A stretch of 54,272 bases of DNA, filler included, from Sphacelaria rigidula (taxonomy: Eukaryota): NCBI GenBank assembly GCA_964200075.2. It is 5 parts of 5 records of this genome, joined end to end, with 100 filler letters (N's around TTAATTAATTAA, not from the genome) between each part and the next. Parts side by side here need not be neighbours in the genome. Positions count along the whole stretch, not along the records: positions 32,625 to 43,398 come from CAXNAA020005938.1; positions 43,499 to 54,272 come from CAXNAA020005939.1; 3 more parts are not named here. The stretch is one strand, 5' to 3'. Shown one piece after another: positions 36,001 through 47,544 of this stretch (position 1 is the stretch's first letter; every line of letters starts with the position of its first letter). A program made the translations under genes and the position numbers. The notes beneath the pieces are model-generated. The model searched no databases. It was not told the origin of the DNA and worked only from the letters and a program-made list of their open reading frames with translations.

Positions 36001-39000
36001 ATGTTCTAAGCGATCAAAGCACGTTCTTCTTTCTTCTCATCTCGAGCCTGCTCCCCATTGAGGCTCAATCCCTTCTTGCTTAGATACTTACGTTTTGGCG
36101 AATTTGACAGCATTTGAACCCAAAACATATGGGATGTAGGATCCACATGAGTGACACCAAGTATGCACCGCCTCATTGAGGAGTCTATGCGAGCTGGAAA
36201 AAAGCGGTGTATAGCTCTCACAGCCATATTTCATCGACGCAAACGAATTGGGCCGTGATCTACACATCTCAATCGTCTAATTAATCCTTTTGGAACCCAA
36301 TGGCGATATCTATTTTTGTGAAACGGCATCATTTTCAGTCATTTTCAAGCCAAATGATGCCGATTCACGAAAAGAATCGTCGGTGGGTTCCAAAGGGGTT
36401 GAGGGAGAGATGCTCATCTGCTCTACAGTCCGGAAACAAAAAACTCGTTCATCAATTGCCATGTCCAGTAAATCGTATGACGTAAGGACATACGGCTCAT
36501 ACTAAAATCTGAGGAAAACCCCGAACGATATATACAGCGGATGATGATTTTCGGTGTGAACATTTCCTGGAGCACGGGGAGACGATAGATACCCCCACCT
36601 TCACCTACTTCGCAAATTATCTAGAGGTATGACGCGAGTACGACTCTATACCTAACTTGATACATCTCAAGCAGGGGCACTACGTGCACCAACCTGGGAT
36701 TCTCACCTCAATTTTGACACTTGTGCTTTGAATTTTCGGTACCGTATGGAGTGCAGCAAGGGAATATCAAACACAAAACTGCGTGGATCACACTTTACTT
36801 GATGAGTTAGTGACGTCCTGTTGAATGATATTTTTGGGGCGCTCTGACTCTTTTGGGACCGGACCCCCACTAATACAGGATTGACGCTGTGTTAGTGGAA
36901 TCATAAAAAAATAAGTCTTCGAGCGACCTGCCCAGTCACGGCGAGGCGAAATTTATCGACCAGACCCGAACGACCAGCGCGGGGATTGTTGTCGAGTGTG
37001 ATGCCACTGCAAAGATTGTGTGGGGGGCCCATCCCTGGCCCTAATGAGCCTCCCCAGGTTTCCAAGTGCAGGGTGGTCACAGCTTGGTTTTATGGTATTA
37101 CTTGCATTCAGTACAGCGTTCCCGATTTTTTCCGGAGTGCTTTTTGGGTCCCAATTCTTTACTGAAACGTAGTAATTTACACGAACACAGGGAGCGGAAA
37201 AAACCTGAAAGGAGTGCACATGCCACAATGTGGTCATTTTCACGAGGCACAAAATCCAGGTGGGTTGTGGGAAGACAAAAGGAGCTACCGTACTGAAGTA
37301 CACGTATCCCTCTGCCGATGACTTGCAGTGTGCAGTCCACATGTATGTAGTGGACGGGGATGAAGAAGTGGTATATAGGCAGCTGATTTCGGTAGCTGAG
37401 AATTGCCGAGAACGTGCAAGGGAGTATGCAGCGGCGGCTGCTGCTTCAGTCCGAGAGGCGTACTACACTGTACTGTACTATACTGTTGTACGCATGCGCG
37501 CCGCAACGCTGATACCCTTCGAAGATAATTTGCCGCATGCAACAAGGGGGGAAATGGCGGCCCACCCCCGACCACAAAGGGCTGTGTGGCAAGGTGATGG
37601 GGACAAAAGTATCATCCAAAGCCCAAAGTGGCAGGCGGCCCGCCGGTCGCCGCATCCTGTTGGAAGCTCCACGACCCATCTTGCTTGCTACAACAGATGT
37701 ACACCACCTAAAGCGCACCCCGCACCGGAAAATAGATTGGATGAAACTTTCGGTTGTCGTCATAACCCTGCGGTTACAAACGCGGATTTTCAGCAGAACG
37801 CCACTGTTTCGTGCATATGCCAGACACGTCATTCCTAACCAGCCTCGTTGGTCGTTCTGGAGGCCCAGTCCCGAAAGGATCAACTCCGTCTCTCGGCTCG
37901 TTTTTCAGAGTTGCGCGGTGGAACTTCAGTAGGGAGAATCGCAAGGGCAGAAGGAAAACAAAACTGCGTGGACCATGTCAATGGAGTTGCCTACGATGCT
38001 GGAGTTAGGTTTTTGCTGAAAAGCTGTTGATACGGAGATGCTTATGGAAAAAAAATCGACTCCGACTCACTGATAATTAGTGGGACAAAAAGTCGGAAAT
38101 TTGGCGGATTTGGGGGAATTCTTCATGTTGATGGACGACAACGGCTGTGGTGTGAAGGATACCGGAGTATCGCAAGACAGGAAGGTTAGAAAAGGTAATA
38201 GAATCTGATCGGGGGCCTTTACGAAGGCCTAGGACTATCTTGCATCAAACCCTCGTGACGGCGAGGACGAGAACGGAAGTGTTTCTTGCTTTTTTTCACA
38301 CATTTTAGCCCCTGGAAACGGGGCGAAATACGACCTCGTTCGGGCCGACTGTTTTTTTCTCGACCGTTCATGCAAAAAAAAAAAAACACAGGAGATTCAA
38401 AATATATGTCGCCTGCGGCGTCGGACACCGTTAAGGGTCTGTACAATCATAAGGACCCTTACTTATGGGACTGAGGAAGTATACATACAAATACACTCGT
38501 AGCGCGCAGATGTTTTCATTCATTATTATGCTCTTGCGATTCTCCAAATGAAATTTCAAATCAGACGTCTCAAAAATGAGCGGCTACATGGCCTGAGACA
38601 TACAGCTCCGTTTGTAAGCTGGCCCAGCCGGAAAAGCAGGGATTCTCGCCTCAATTTTGAGAGGTGCGACTTGATATTTGGTACGGAGAATCGGTAGGGA
38701 AAAACAACAAAATAACTTCCTTAGCCTGAGATTTTTTTGGATTAATGAGTTGGAGACGTTTTCGTGTACACTGGATTTGCTTTTTGCCCTAAACTCACGA
38801 AAAAATGTAAGAACCTCAGGGTGAGGATTTTTTCTTCATGCCCCACCGATTCTCCACGCCAAACTCCAGATCGTAACTCTCAAAATTGAGTTGAGGATCT
38901 ACCTGCAACCTACAAATCCGCTTCTAGGCTGGCCCAGCTCGCGCCACTTTTCGGATTTGCTTGGCACCAAGATTTTGCAAACGCTTTCATGTAAAAAAAA

Positions 39001-42000
39001 AAACTGGAACTGCCAAAACATGAAGATGCGGGAAAATTGCAAAAAGTAACGAGAGACAGCACATTCAAGTGCACCAGATTTCCGGCGAGTGTTGTTGAAA
39101 ACCATATACCCTTACGAATAAAAAAGTTGGCTACATGATGACTATTATATTCAGCCACATGCCCCCCAGTGACGCGATGTCATGTGGCGGCGATGTCTGT
39201 TTTATTGTGGGATCAAAACGCAATCACAGCTTTCTAAACCACCGCTAGCCGGGCTACCCATCTCCAATACAGTAATAGGACCGACAGCGTCTAGAGACTT
39301 CCTTTGCTATTCCCATATTTCTGTATTTCCGGATGAGGGGAATATTTCTCCCATCATGCCGCAAGGTCTCCTTGCTTCCACCTCCCATCACTCAAAGGCC
39401 CCTCCCGCTGGTCTTCCTCAATGTCTGCGGAGCCAATAGACACACAACACAAAACAAACGTCAAAATGACAAAATGACTTTCACCTGCCGAGCGGCACAG
39501 TCCTTCGCCAAAAGTCGATAAAACTCAGCAGTCGCCCACGCTGCCGCGTTCTCTGCCTTGCTCCCCCCCCCCGTCGCCGTGGCTGGTTGGTACAAGCGGA
39601 ACTCCTTGTCTCCGCCGTACAGGCTCGAGTCTTCCCGTGCGGCGTTGATACCACCGGCCCCGGTATTTGGCGGCGACTGCGTCATGAGGAATACGCGTCC
39701 TCCGATGGTCTCCAGACAGTCTGCGACCGCACGAAGCACTGCCCCGCTAGCGCACGGGCTTTTCCCGGTGGTTGTTCGTCCCTCTGCGTTCAACAGACCT
39801 GATTTGCGTGAGTCCGCGGGAACACAGTGAGGGCAGGCGGGCGGGAGAGGGCGGGCACGAGTGCGTTGCAAAGTGTTGGTAGATATGGAGGGGACCTTGT
39901 TTGTGACCAGCCATTCAAGTGGATGTGATGTTTTACAAGTGTTGGGAGCAATTGAAGTGATCGCCAGCACAGTCGAAGGAAAAGTCTACACAATAAAATG
40001 GAACTATCAGCAGCACCGTTTTGGACACGGCCGAGAAGCAAACACATCAGGAAGGAAAAAAAACGATTTTGAGCGCGTTGCTCATGCGTACTTTCCTCTG
40101 CTGCGCTGGTTGTTCGAGCACCCACCTTGTACCCTCGCGAACGAATCGTTGTATTTACGCCATACCCAAAACCACGTACTAGCCCGTGTTACAGTGCATG
40201 AAAGAACAGACGAATGTCAACTTGACCAGGGTCACGAGTTTTGGCTGTGGCTGTCATACCAGGGATGGCCTCCATGACAGCTGGCAGGCCCCTCCTGCAA
40301 CTGTCGATTGGAAGAATCCAGTCTTTCGGCGGTAGTGGAGCGTACGGGTCCTGTTTTAGTACAAATAAAAAACAGAACCAACCGCGAACAGGAGCATTGG
40401 TCATGTTCCATCAACACGGCGCGAGTAAGGGAAGTAACTTTGCCCACTGACAAGCCAACAGCCTGTCACAAGCAGCGTTAGCTTTTTTGTGGGAAGCGAA
40501 TCCAACATTTTTTTCGCCATTCTTACCACACAGGCGAATATCACCGAGGCCACATCAGGCGCGAGGCCTTTGATGAATCCTTGTGACCAACTACACCCCC
40601 GCTCCTCTAGATGCGCACAAAATATTACGAAGTCATGATTTGGTCATCTGTGATCATTAAAAAAGAAAAAAGTCTGCCAACAGAGGAAACGTCTTCAATG
40701 GTCCAACAACAGCTGGGGGGGGGAATGTACGTGATTTACCCTCTCTGCCCGAAAGCACAAGAAAAAAACACAATGCATTACTCTTTGGACCTGTGTCCCC
40801 TCTCCCGTCTCACCTCTGTATCCGCCGCCACGACAATCTGTGACACTGCCCCCTCTTCGTCAAAGCGGTACACCTGAAGAGACGCATCGAAAGTGATCAG
40901 CCCCACCCTAGCAAGCTCCCCGCCCGGGACGACGTCCAACGCCGCCCCTACAGCCTGAAAGCAAGCCTGAGAGAACCCCGTCTCCAATGCCCTCGGAGAC
41001 ACGTCCACGCAGAAGACGAAGATGGGCTGCTGCTCCGGTCGTAGACAATACACGCCCTGTCACGGTTGAAGGGTGAACGCGGATAGTCTCGTGTTGGCAG
41101 GGGCACTTTTGTGTCGTGCGGTTGGTCAAGGGTGACACTACTTGTGGGGTAATCAGGGTTTGCCAGAGATAGAATGGGGTGATTGAGCTGTAGTGACGTG
41201 GTCCACCTGAGAGTACAGCCGCCATTGGTTGAATCAAATGGGAAAGGAAGACAGAGGCGAGACACACACATTTCCTGGGGCCGTGATAAGCCGACTCAAC
41301 GGTTTCACGCAGGACAGGGTCGACAGTCGACAGGAGGCGACGCTACGCATCTTCTCTTAGCCTCTGTATTTTCGACGGCGGCATTACTCTTCGACCCCAA
41401 GGGTGGCATTACGATGTTTAATTTACGCTCTTATCCTGTATAACCTCCCGGTAAAAGATACCCTAACTTTTAATCATGCCGCACGACTCCTTCCCCTCCC
41501 AGTCGTGCAAACCACTGCTTAAATCCATGGCGACGTCCCGGCAGCGACCGTAACCTCCCTCGGACCCTTCGGTACCCCTTATTTTCCAGTGTCGGGCGAC
41601 ATAAATCACTTACGTACTTGCGGGATGAGAGCGGCGATTTTGTATCTGCGCGCATTCGCCGCGGCAAAAGTGTCAGACAAAACTATACCCGAAACTGACC
41701 TTGGGCACGCCGAACATTACCTTGGGCACGATGAAGTCCACGCTTCCCCGGCACAGCTCCGACCGCTGCAAGCGATCTCTCCTCATGCCCATGGCATCCA
41801 AGGGACACTGGTACGGTTGGGGCACCGCTCCATCGTGCTTACAAAAATTGCACACCCACTGTCGACGGTCATGGAGGACGAAGACAAAACACAAGAGGAA
41901 CAAACGAACAAAAAAACAGCTCAGAACATGTAAAACGATACGTCAGAGCCACGTACTTCCGTCTTGTGAACTGAAAGTGAAGTAGAGAAGGCGACACCAA

Positions 42001-42745
42001 CCAAGCCCGACGACACGCTTTCACACCGTCAAAGGGGACGCGGAGCGCGGAGTCAGCTTCACGTAATAACTTGGCGAACGTTCCAGCAGATTGGCCCCGA
42101 CAGTGAAGAATACGACAAAAAACGACAGTGTTTCAACGCGCTTAGCTGCGAAAACACAGCAACAAACATGCTCGCCAGCACACGCACCACCATGTAACAC
42201 GGACAGGGCAGCTACCGCATACACGCAGACACGCACGAACACGCACCCGCTCGCCGTTCCTTCCGTAAGTAGCATAGCTGTTGATGTACGCTCGGCAGTT
42301 CTCGCATCGAAGAGGTCCACTTTCACCTGCACGTGGCCACCACACGGAACCGAGACCGGGGCGCGTCATACTCGACTGTTGGTGTGTGCGTGTGCGCGGA
42401 TCCAATCAAAAGCGACGGTTCGCTACATCGAGAGCACCCTTCCTTGTACAAGAAAAAGGGAGAGGCGCACCAGTTGCCCATCGTTGGACAATAACGCCAA
42501 CTACACCTCCCGACAGCGCCGACGTCTCAGCACTACATGAAACAAGTTTTTTCATCGCTCTCAGTCAGGCAAGAACGTCCCAACGACGCCGACACACACA
42601 CGCTAGTGGCCGCGATCCGGAGCACAATACAGCACTCGATGCAGAGCATGTAGAGCAACATCTCACCGAAGTCCACAAGCGGCACCGGTTGTTCATCAGG
42701 CCCCACGCACGCCATGGGTTGCACCACCACCGCCATCGGGAGCTG
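33004..42745 (-). CDS. SEC24: COPII cargo adaptor Sec24-family protein, ten internal exons (both ends outside the block)
   Basis: Exons 42745(or 42742)-42667, 42326-42247, 41858-41721, 41056-40814, 40350-40260, 39798-39485, 35809-35594, 34816-34652, 34138-34036 and 33092-33004, all GT-AG and phase-compatible. They encode the zinc finger (PLRCENCRAYIN...WVCNFC), SELCRGSVDF, the trunk/vWA domain (PIFVFCVDVS, RVGLITFD, GGRV, DVATL...TGG), the beta-sandwich (VLKVRCTAG, QAALLYTSSSGQRRVRCHTLALPV) and the start of the helical domain (DVETVSAVLARQG). Confidence 0.95.
36281..36402. mobile_element. MITE family B, copy 2 (in the 3.7-kb Sec24 intron)
   Basis: TTAA-TCCTTTTGGAACCCA ... TGGGTTCCAAAGGGG-TTGA, with the same internal CGGCATCAT / ATGATGCCG inverted repeat. 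Confidence 0.75.
38538..38895. repeat. Alternating inverted copies of a motif of about 43 bp (decayed foldback / TE termini)
   Basis: GATTCTCC...TCTCAAAA(A/T)TGAG at about 38538-38580 (forward), 38650-38692 (reverse) and 38848-38890 (forward). A partial relative lies at about 36699-36750. Confidence 0.5.
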
Positions 42746-43398
42746 CTAGGCCCAACAGGCCCCAAAAGACCACAGCGGCGAAACGACGAGGTCAATATAT
42801 GCAAAAAGAGTTGCACCCAAAAAAATGAGGGAATATGCGACGACTCGACTTCACCTTGAGGCATCTATCCAATATCGGGGATTAGCCAGCCACGTCTTTG
42901 AAGAACAGCAAGAGATATGGCATGGTTTACTGTACACACTGGCGAACAGCCAACATAAGTGCAGCAACAAAGGGCGTTGCGCGTTACTCCTCTGTTGTAC
43001 ACAGCATGGTGTACCCCGTCAACCGATATACCGCGCCCGCCTCGAAATTGTTCCACGATACCTAGCCACGATCAACAGACTATCGTGCCTGAGCAACACT
43101 CGTCTCGTCGATTTTTGGCACGGTAGGAAGCATCTGGCAACGGTAGGTGAGTATTACAGACGCTTGAAATGGAAAGCTTTTCCTACTGAAACGCCGGCCG
43201 TGTCCTTACCTTGCACGACTGATGAGCATCTGGGTTGATCGGGAGCTGAGCCATCGTAGATCGCATGAAGCGTGGCGAGCAATTTCCCTGACAAGAAGCA
43301 TGGTAACGAGAGATGCACACGCGACGACACGGGGGGGGGAGGGGGGGCGTACTCATTTGTTGCTTGCCGTAGTGAAGTGACGATTGACCACGGATCGC

Positions 43399-43498
43399 NN
43401 NNNNNNNNNNNNNNNNNNNNNNNNNNNNNNNNNNNNNNNNNNTTAATTAATTAANNNNNNNNNNNNNNNNNNNNNNNNNNNNNNNNNNNNNNNNNNNN
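43399..43498. other. Artificial linker (N44-TTAATTAATTAA-N44)
   Basis: Identical 100-nt linker. Confidence 0.98.
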
Positions 43499-43746
43499 CA
43501 CACACATGCCAGGAAGGGCGGTGGTGCGGCGAAAACAACAGATATATCCAATTTGAACTTGGGAGGGGGTGTTATTCATCGTTTATTTTACCCGACATGT
43601 ATGTGAGCGACCCTCTGGGTGCTCAACGACAACAGCGTGCCCATACATGTCGGGTAAAATAAACGATGAATAACACCCCCTCCCAAGTTCAAATTGGATA
43701 TATCTGTTGTTTTCGCCGCACCACCGCCCTTCCTGGCATGTGTGTG
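43499..43746. repeat. Perfect long inverted repeat: 105-bp arms, 38-bp loop (left arm cut by the block edge)
   Basis: 43499-43603 is the exact reverse complement of 43642-43746 by visual comparison. Confidence 0.93.
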
Positions 43747-44346
43747 ACAGAGAACAGTAGTAGCGGTGACGGGAACATTGCCCTATTTTTCAACGACATG
43801 TTTTTCGGCGCACAGAGGCGTGTCTCGTCCAAAAAGAGAGGCAGAGAGAAATCGATCTTCGCATTGACCACAGGCAAGAAGAGACGGAATCTCTCCGCAC
43901 CTCGATGTTCTAGCACATGGAAAATTGGGTACATGCTGCTAACATCGATGATACCAGTCTCTCGAGCGATTGGTACTCGCCGAGCGAGGACACACAAAGG
44001 ACACGGGCGAGGAGCTTCCTCTCTGTCGTTTCTTCTCTCTCTGGCGATATCGTCATCGACACGCGTGTGCATCGCAATTGTTAGGTGCACCTAGCCGCAG
44101 CTACTTAACTACTGCGGACACTTGGGGGGGAAGATGGCTTCGCTCGGTCGTAAGTGTTTCGCGTCACCTCTGCAAAAAAGAAATGCCACTTGAACCTCAT
44201 TTTGAGATGGACCCCATTTTTCAGGGTCCTCTGTTGTTTATTGGATTCCCTCATCTTGGAAGGAAATGGTGCTGGACTTGTTTTGGAGTCCTAGGAAAAT
44301 TCGCAAGGGACGGGGAGTTTGCCACCTACTTCGTATGAAATTTGCA

Positions 44347-44753
44347 CACGTCGGACAGCTCGTCAGCTAGCTCATCCGTGGGCTGTAGCTCACTTGTAGT
44401 CAAATATGTACAAATGGGCTACACCCGAGAGCTTACCAAGGGTAAAGATGCGTTGATGAGCTACGGGTTACTGGTAACGCACCCAGGACAAACATGCATA
44501 GCTCATGTCGCTCTCATAGCTTACCCAGGGCGAATATGCATTGATGAGCTACGGGTTGGTAGCTCCCCCGAAGCAAGCATGCGTAGCTGATGTAGCTTCA
44601 TAGGTCGTCGACGTCGAACATGCGTAGCTAATGAAACTCTTATAGTTCACCCAGGGCAAACATGCGTAGCTCATAAAGCTCTCACAGCTCACCCAGGGAG
44701 CTGCGCCAAAATCGAAATAGCTCGAGCTAGAGGGAGCTGATCTGTCCGACGTG
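44347..44753. mobile_element. MITE family C with internal AGCT-rich minisatellite
   Basis: TIR CACGTCGGACAG / CTGTCCGACGTG with internal GTAGCTCACCCAGGGCGAACATGC-type repeats. Partial second copy at 53160-53452. Confidence 0.7.
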
Positions 44754-45014
44754 AGGAGCTTTCCCATTTTCTCCTTTTGATCGAGCAAGAAGAATATTGC
44801 AAAGGAGAATTGAAGCCAGATAATACTAAGAGGATAAATGGCGTAGACGCATCAGATCCGACTTTCTTTTTTCGTCGCACCTTTGACACGTTCTTGTTTA
44901 CGACACACCCTGTAGGCTCTGTAGCCTCTAAGGCTTGCACACGTCGCACAACTCAACTAGGTTATAATCATGATTATTATATCCGCACTTTATTCACAAG
45001 TTGACTCTTTTCCG

Positions 45015-45250
45015 CATAACTCACCTGTGAGTTATAGCAACATAACTCAGCGGTGCACATTCTGGCCGGGTGAGTTATGCAGCATAGCTCAGCGATGCAA
45101 AGTGTGGCTGGGTAAGTCACACTGTATTCTATATTCCTCAGCGGTGCACATTCTGGCCGGGTGGGTTATAGAACATCACTCAGCGGTGCTTAATCTGTTC
45201 AGGTGAGTTATATATGATAACGCATCGCTGCAAGTCTGGCCGGGTGATTG
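45015..45250. repeat. Minisatellite, unit about 43 bp (ACTCAGCGGTGCACATTCTGGCCGGGTGAGTTAT...)
   Basis: About five degenerate units; same unit as the array at 51670-52060. Confidence 0.75.
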
Positions 45251-45416
45251 ATATACTATTATATACAATATACCGTAAGTGATCGGTTGAAAGAAAGAGG
45301 GGCGTGGACCTCACTCATGCATTCTAAGTCGTGTACACAGACGAGATTTTTGCCCATCTCCCTATGAAACTGCATTATGTACTCGTACAGTATATCAGTA
45401 TATATTTTCCATGTTA

Positions 45417-45739
45417 TATTAGAAAATATGTCGCTAGGACCCCTTTGACGTGATCGCTAGAGTTGGCGCAATGGCACCTATGCCGAGCAAGCAGACAAGC
45501 TGCTTTGGATTGTAGACAAAAGATAGTGTTCAAGGTACCGCTTGCGGGTAAGACAGCCCAAACAACCCACCGTATTGAACAGTCAATCGACAAGAGTGAG
45601 AGCAACCCGACAACTGCTACGCTCCATATCAGGCCGAACTATCGTGAGCAGTACCGGCGATCCACACAATGCCTCCATATATATACAATATCATACGAAG
45701 CGTTGACGAGAGTACGCCCCACAGCCTCATTTTCTATCA
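45417..45739 (-). repeat. Copia 3' LTR (323 bp)
   Basis: Direct repeat of 50840-51161 with roughly 20-25 differences by hand count (about 93% identity); abuts the PPT. Confidence 0.93.
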
Positions 45740-45974
45740 CTCCCCCTCAACGCAAGTACAAGTCTTGCTCCCTCACACTCCCCCCCAATGCAAATACATA
45801 CCAGTTCCAACCACCCAGCTCAGTACAACCGTCTCGACACTCAAGGACGAAAAAAGAACGGATCCAACAGCCAGACAAAATAGCAGTGCCTGTGTCTGCT
45901 GAGGTACTTGGTTCCTATGTCGGCGAGTTGGTCTTTGGTCTTAACGTAAGGAATGTCGATCCCTCCCTCCTTAG

Positions 45975-46416
45975 CACCGGATCTTACAAATTGGCGATGA
46001 ATCTTTCATTGGGGATGAGAAACCCGGAGAATTACAAACTTCGCATCCACACCAAATATTCGAAATGTGGTTCTATTTCTTCACCTACTGATAGCTATTG
46101 ACGACTGCTACACGCCATAGATATTTTTGGATTTCGATCACCGAAATGTTGGGGTCCTAGGTGAAAAGCCAATTTCGGAACCATTTTGGCGTCCGTTCGG
46201 ACACCCGGAATTCCCCAAAATTGGTACTTCACCTAGGACCCCAACATTTCGGTGATCGAAATCCAAATTTGTATGGGGTGTAGCAGTTGTCAACAGCTAT
46301 CAGTAGGTGTAGAAATGGAATCATATTTCGAAGATTCGGTGTGGATACGAAGATTTTCATTCTCCGGGTTTGTCATCCCCAATAAAAGATCCATCCCCAA
46401 TTTGTAAGATCCCGTG
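45975..46416. mobile_element. Foldback-type MITE (arms about 200 bp) nested in the Copia RNase H
   Basis: Left arm CACCGGATCTTACAAATTGGCGATG...GGGGTCCTAGGTGAA pairs with the reverse complement of about 46218-46416, leaving a spacer of about 40 bp. It interrupts FFIQQLVKE|GGIDIPYVKT. Flanks are CTCCTTAG / TTCCTTGA. Confidence 0.88.
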
Positions 46417-47354
46417 TTCCTTGACTAATTGCTGAATGAAGAAGTACCGTAGAGCTACGTGCTTAACTCTCGAGCTGAAGGTTCGGTTGCCTGCGACGTG
46501 GAGAGTTGAAGCGTTGTCGATGTAGACGGGGACAGAGTCGAAGCGTGTGTCAAATTCCATCTCCCGCATCATGTTCGAGCAAAATATGGCCTCCTTTATG
46601 GTGATTGCAGCAGCCACGAGTTCTGCTTCCATGGTCGATTGCGCCGCCAATCCTTGTAGTTCTACCTTAAAACCGATGAGGCCATTCGAGCGAAAGACAA
46701 GATATATATGATGATGTTGATTTCCCGTTATCCGGATTGTTGCCCCAGTTCGCCTCTGAGAAAGCCGTCAATCGGAAACCGCCCTGGTTGTAGGTGATGT
46801 CATGGTCCGTAATGCCGGCCGAATATCGAAGTAAGTGTTTCGCAGCTGCCACATGCGCCTTCGACGGTTTGGACATCGCCCGCGCCAGTTGATTCATGCC
46901 GTATCTACTGTCGTAGCGGGTTACTTGAGCGAGGTACATCACACTGCTTGTGATGGCGTGGATGCGCTATTTGTCCTCCTCGTTTAGTATTTTGTCCCTC
47001 GGCTGGTCCAGTGACAGTTCTTGTCCTACCCCAGGAGTGCACGCCGGGTTGCAGTTCGCCAGGCCGTATCGTTCCTGGAGAGACTTGATGTTGAATATCT
47101 TGCTACTACGGTCACGAACAACCTCCACTCCCAGCACTAAGGATACGTCTCCCATCTCCGCCATAAACGAACGTCCCATTAGTTTCTGCTTGATTCTTTC
47201 CAGCAACTTGGAGTCATTCTGCCACCGCTCCAGGTTGTACCCCCCAACTATTACCGACGTCATGCGAATTCTCTGAATCCTGCAGATCGGAATAACTGCC
47301 GCAACCGAAGCCGGGGACTTGTTTCCAGTCCAGCACCCCGACTCGATCTTTGTA

Positions 47355-47363
47355 GCAGCAGCA

Positions 47364-47434
<71 letters not shown>

Positions 47435-47488
47435 TGATGATAATAATGATGATGATGATGGTGATGGTGATGGTGATGGTGATGGCGA

Positions 47489-47543
<55 letters not shown>

Positions 47544-47544
47544 G
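47355..47544. repeat. Compound trinucleotide microsatellite (GCA)3(GTC)23...(GAT)n(GGTGAT)n(GTT)18
   Basis: Read directly; lies inside the Copia between the integrase and RT remnants. Confidence 0.95.

Noticed and set aside
37230-38030. ORFs of 130-200 aa in the large Sec24 intron
   Set aside because: No recognisable domain and several overlapping frames; probably decayed TE sequence.
12529-42745. Apparent secretory-pathway cluster (SEC11, CASP, SEC24)
   Set aside because: The three genes lie in different artificially joined blocks, so linkage is unsupported. All three are ordinary housekeeping genes.
45463-46101. 212-aa plus-strand ORF
   Set aside because: It runs across the LTR, the antisense RNase H end and a MITE arm, so it is a chance ORF.
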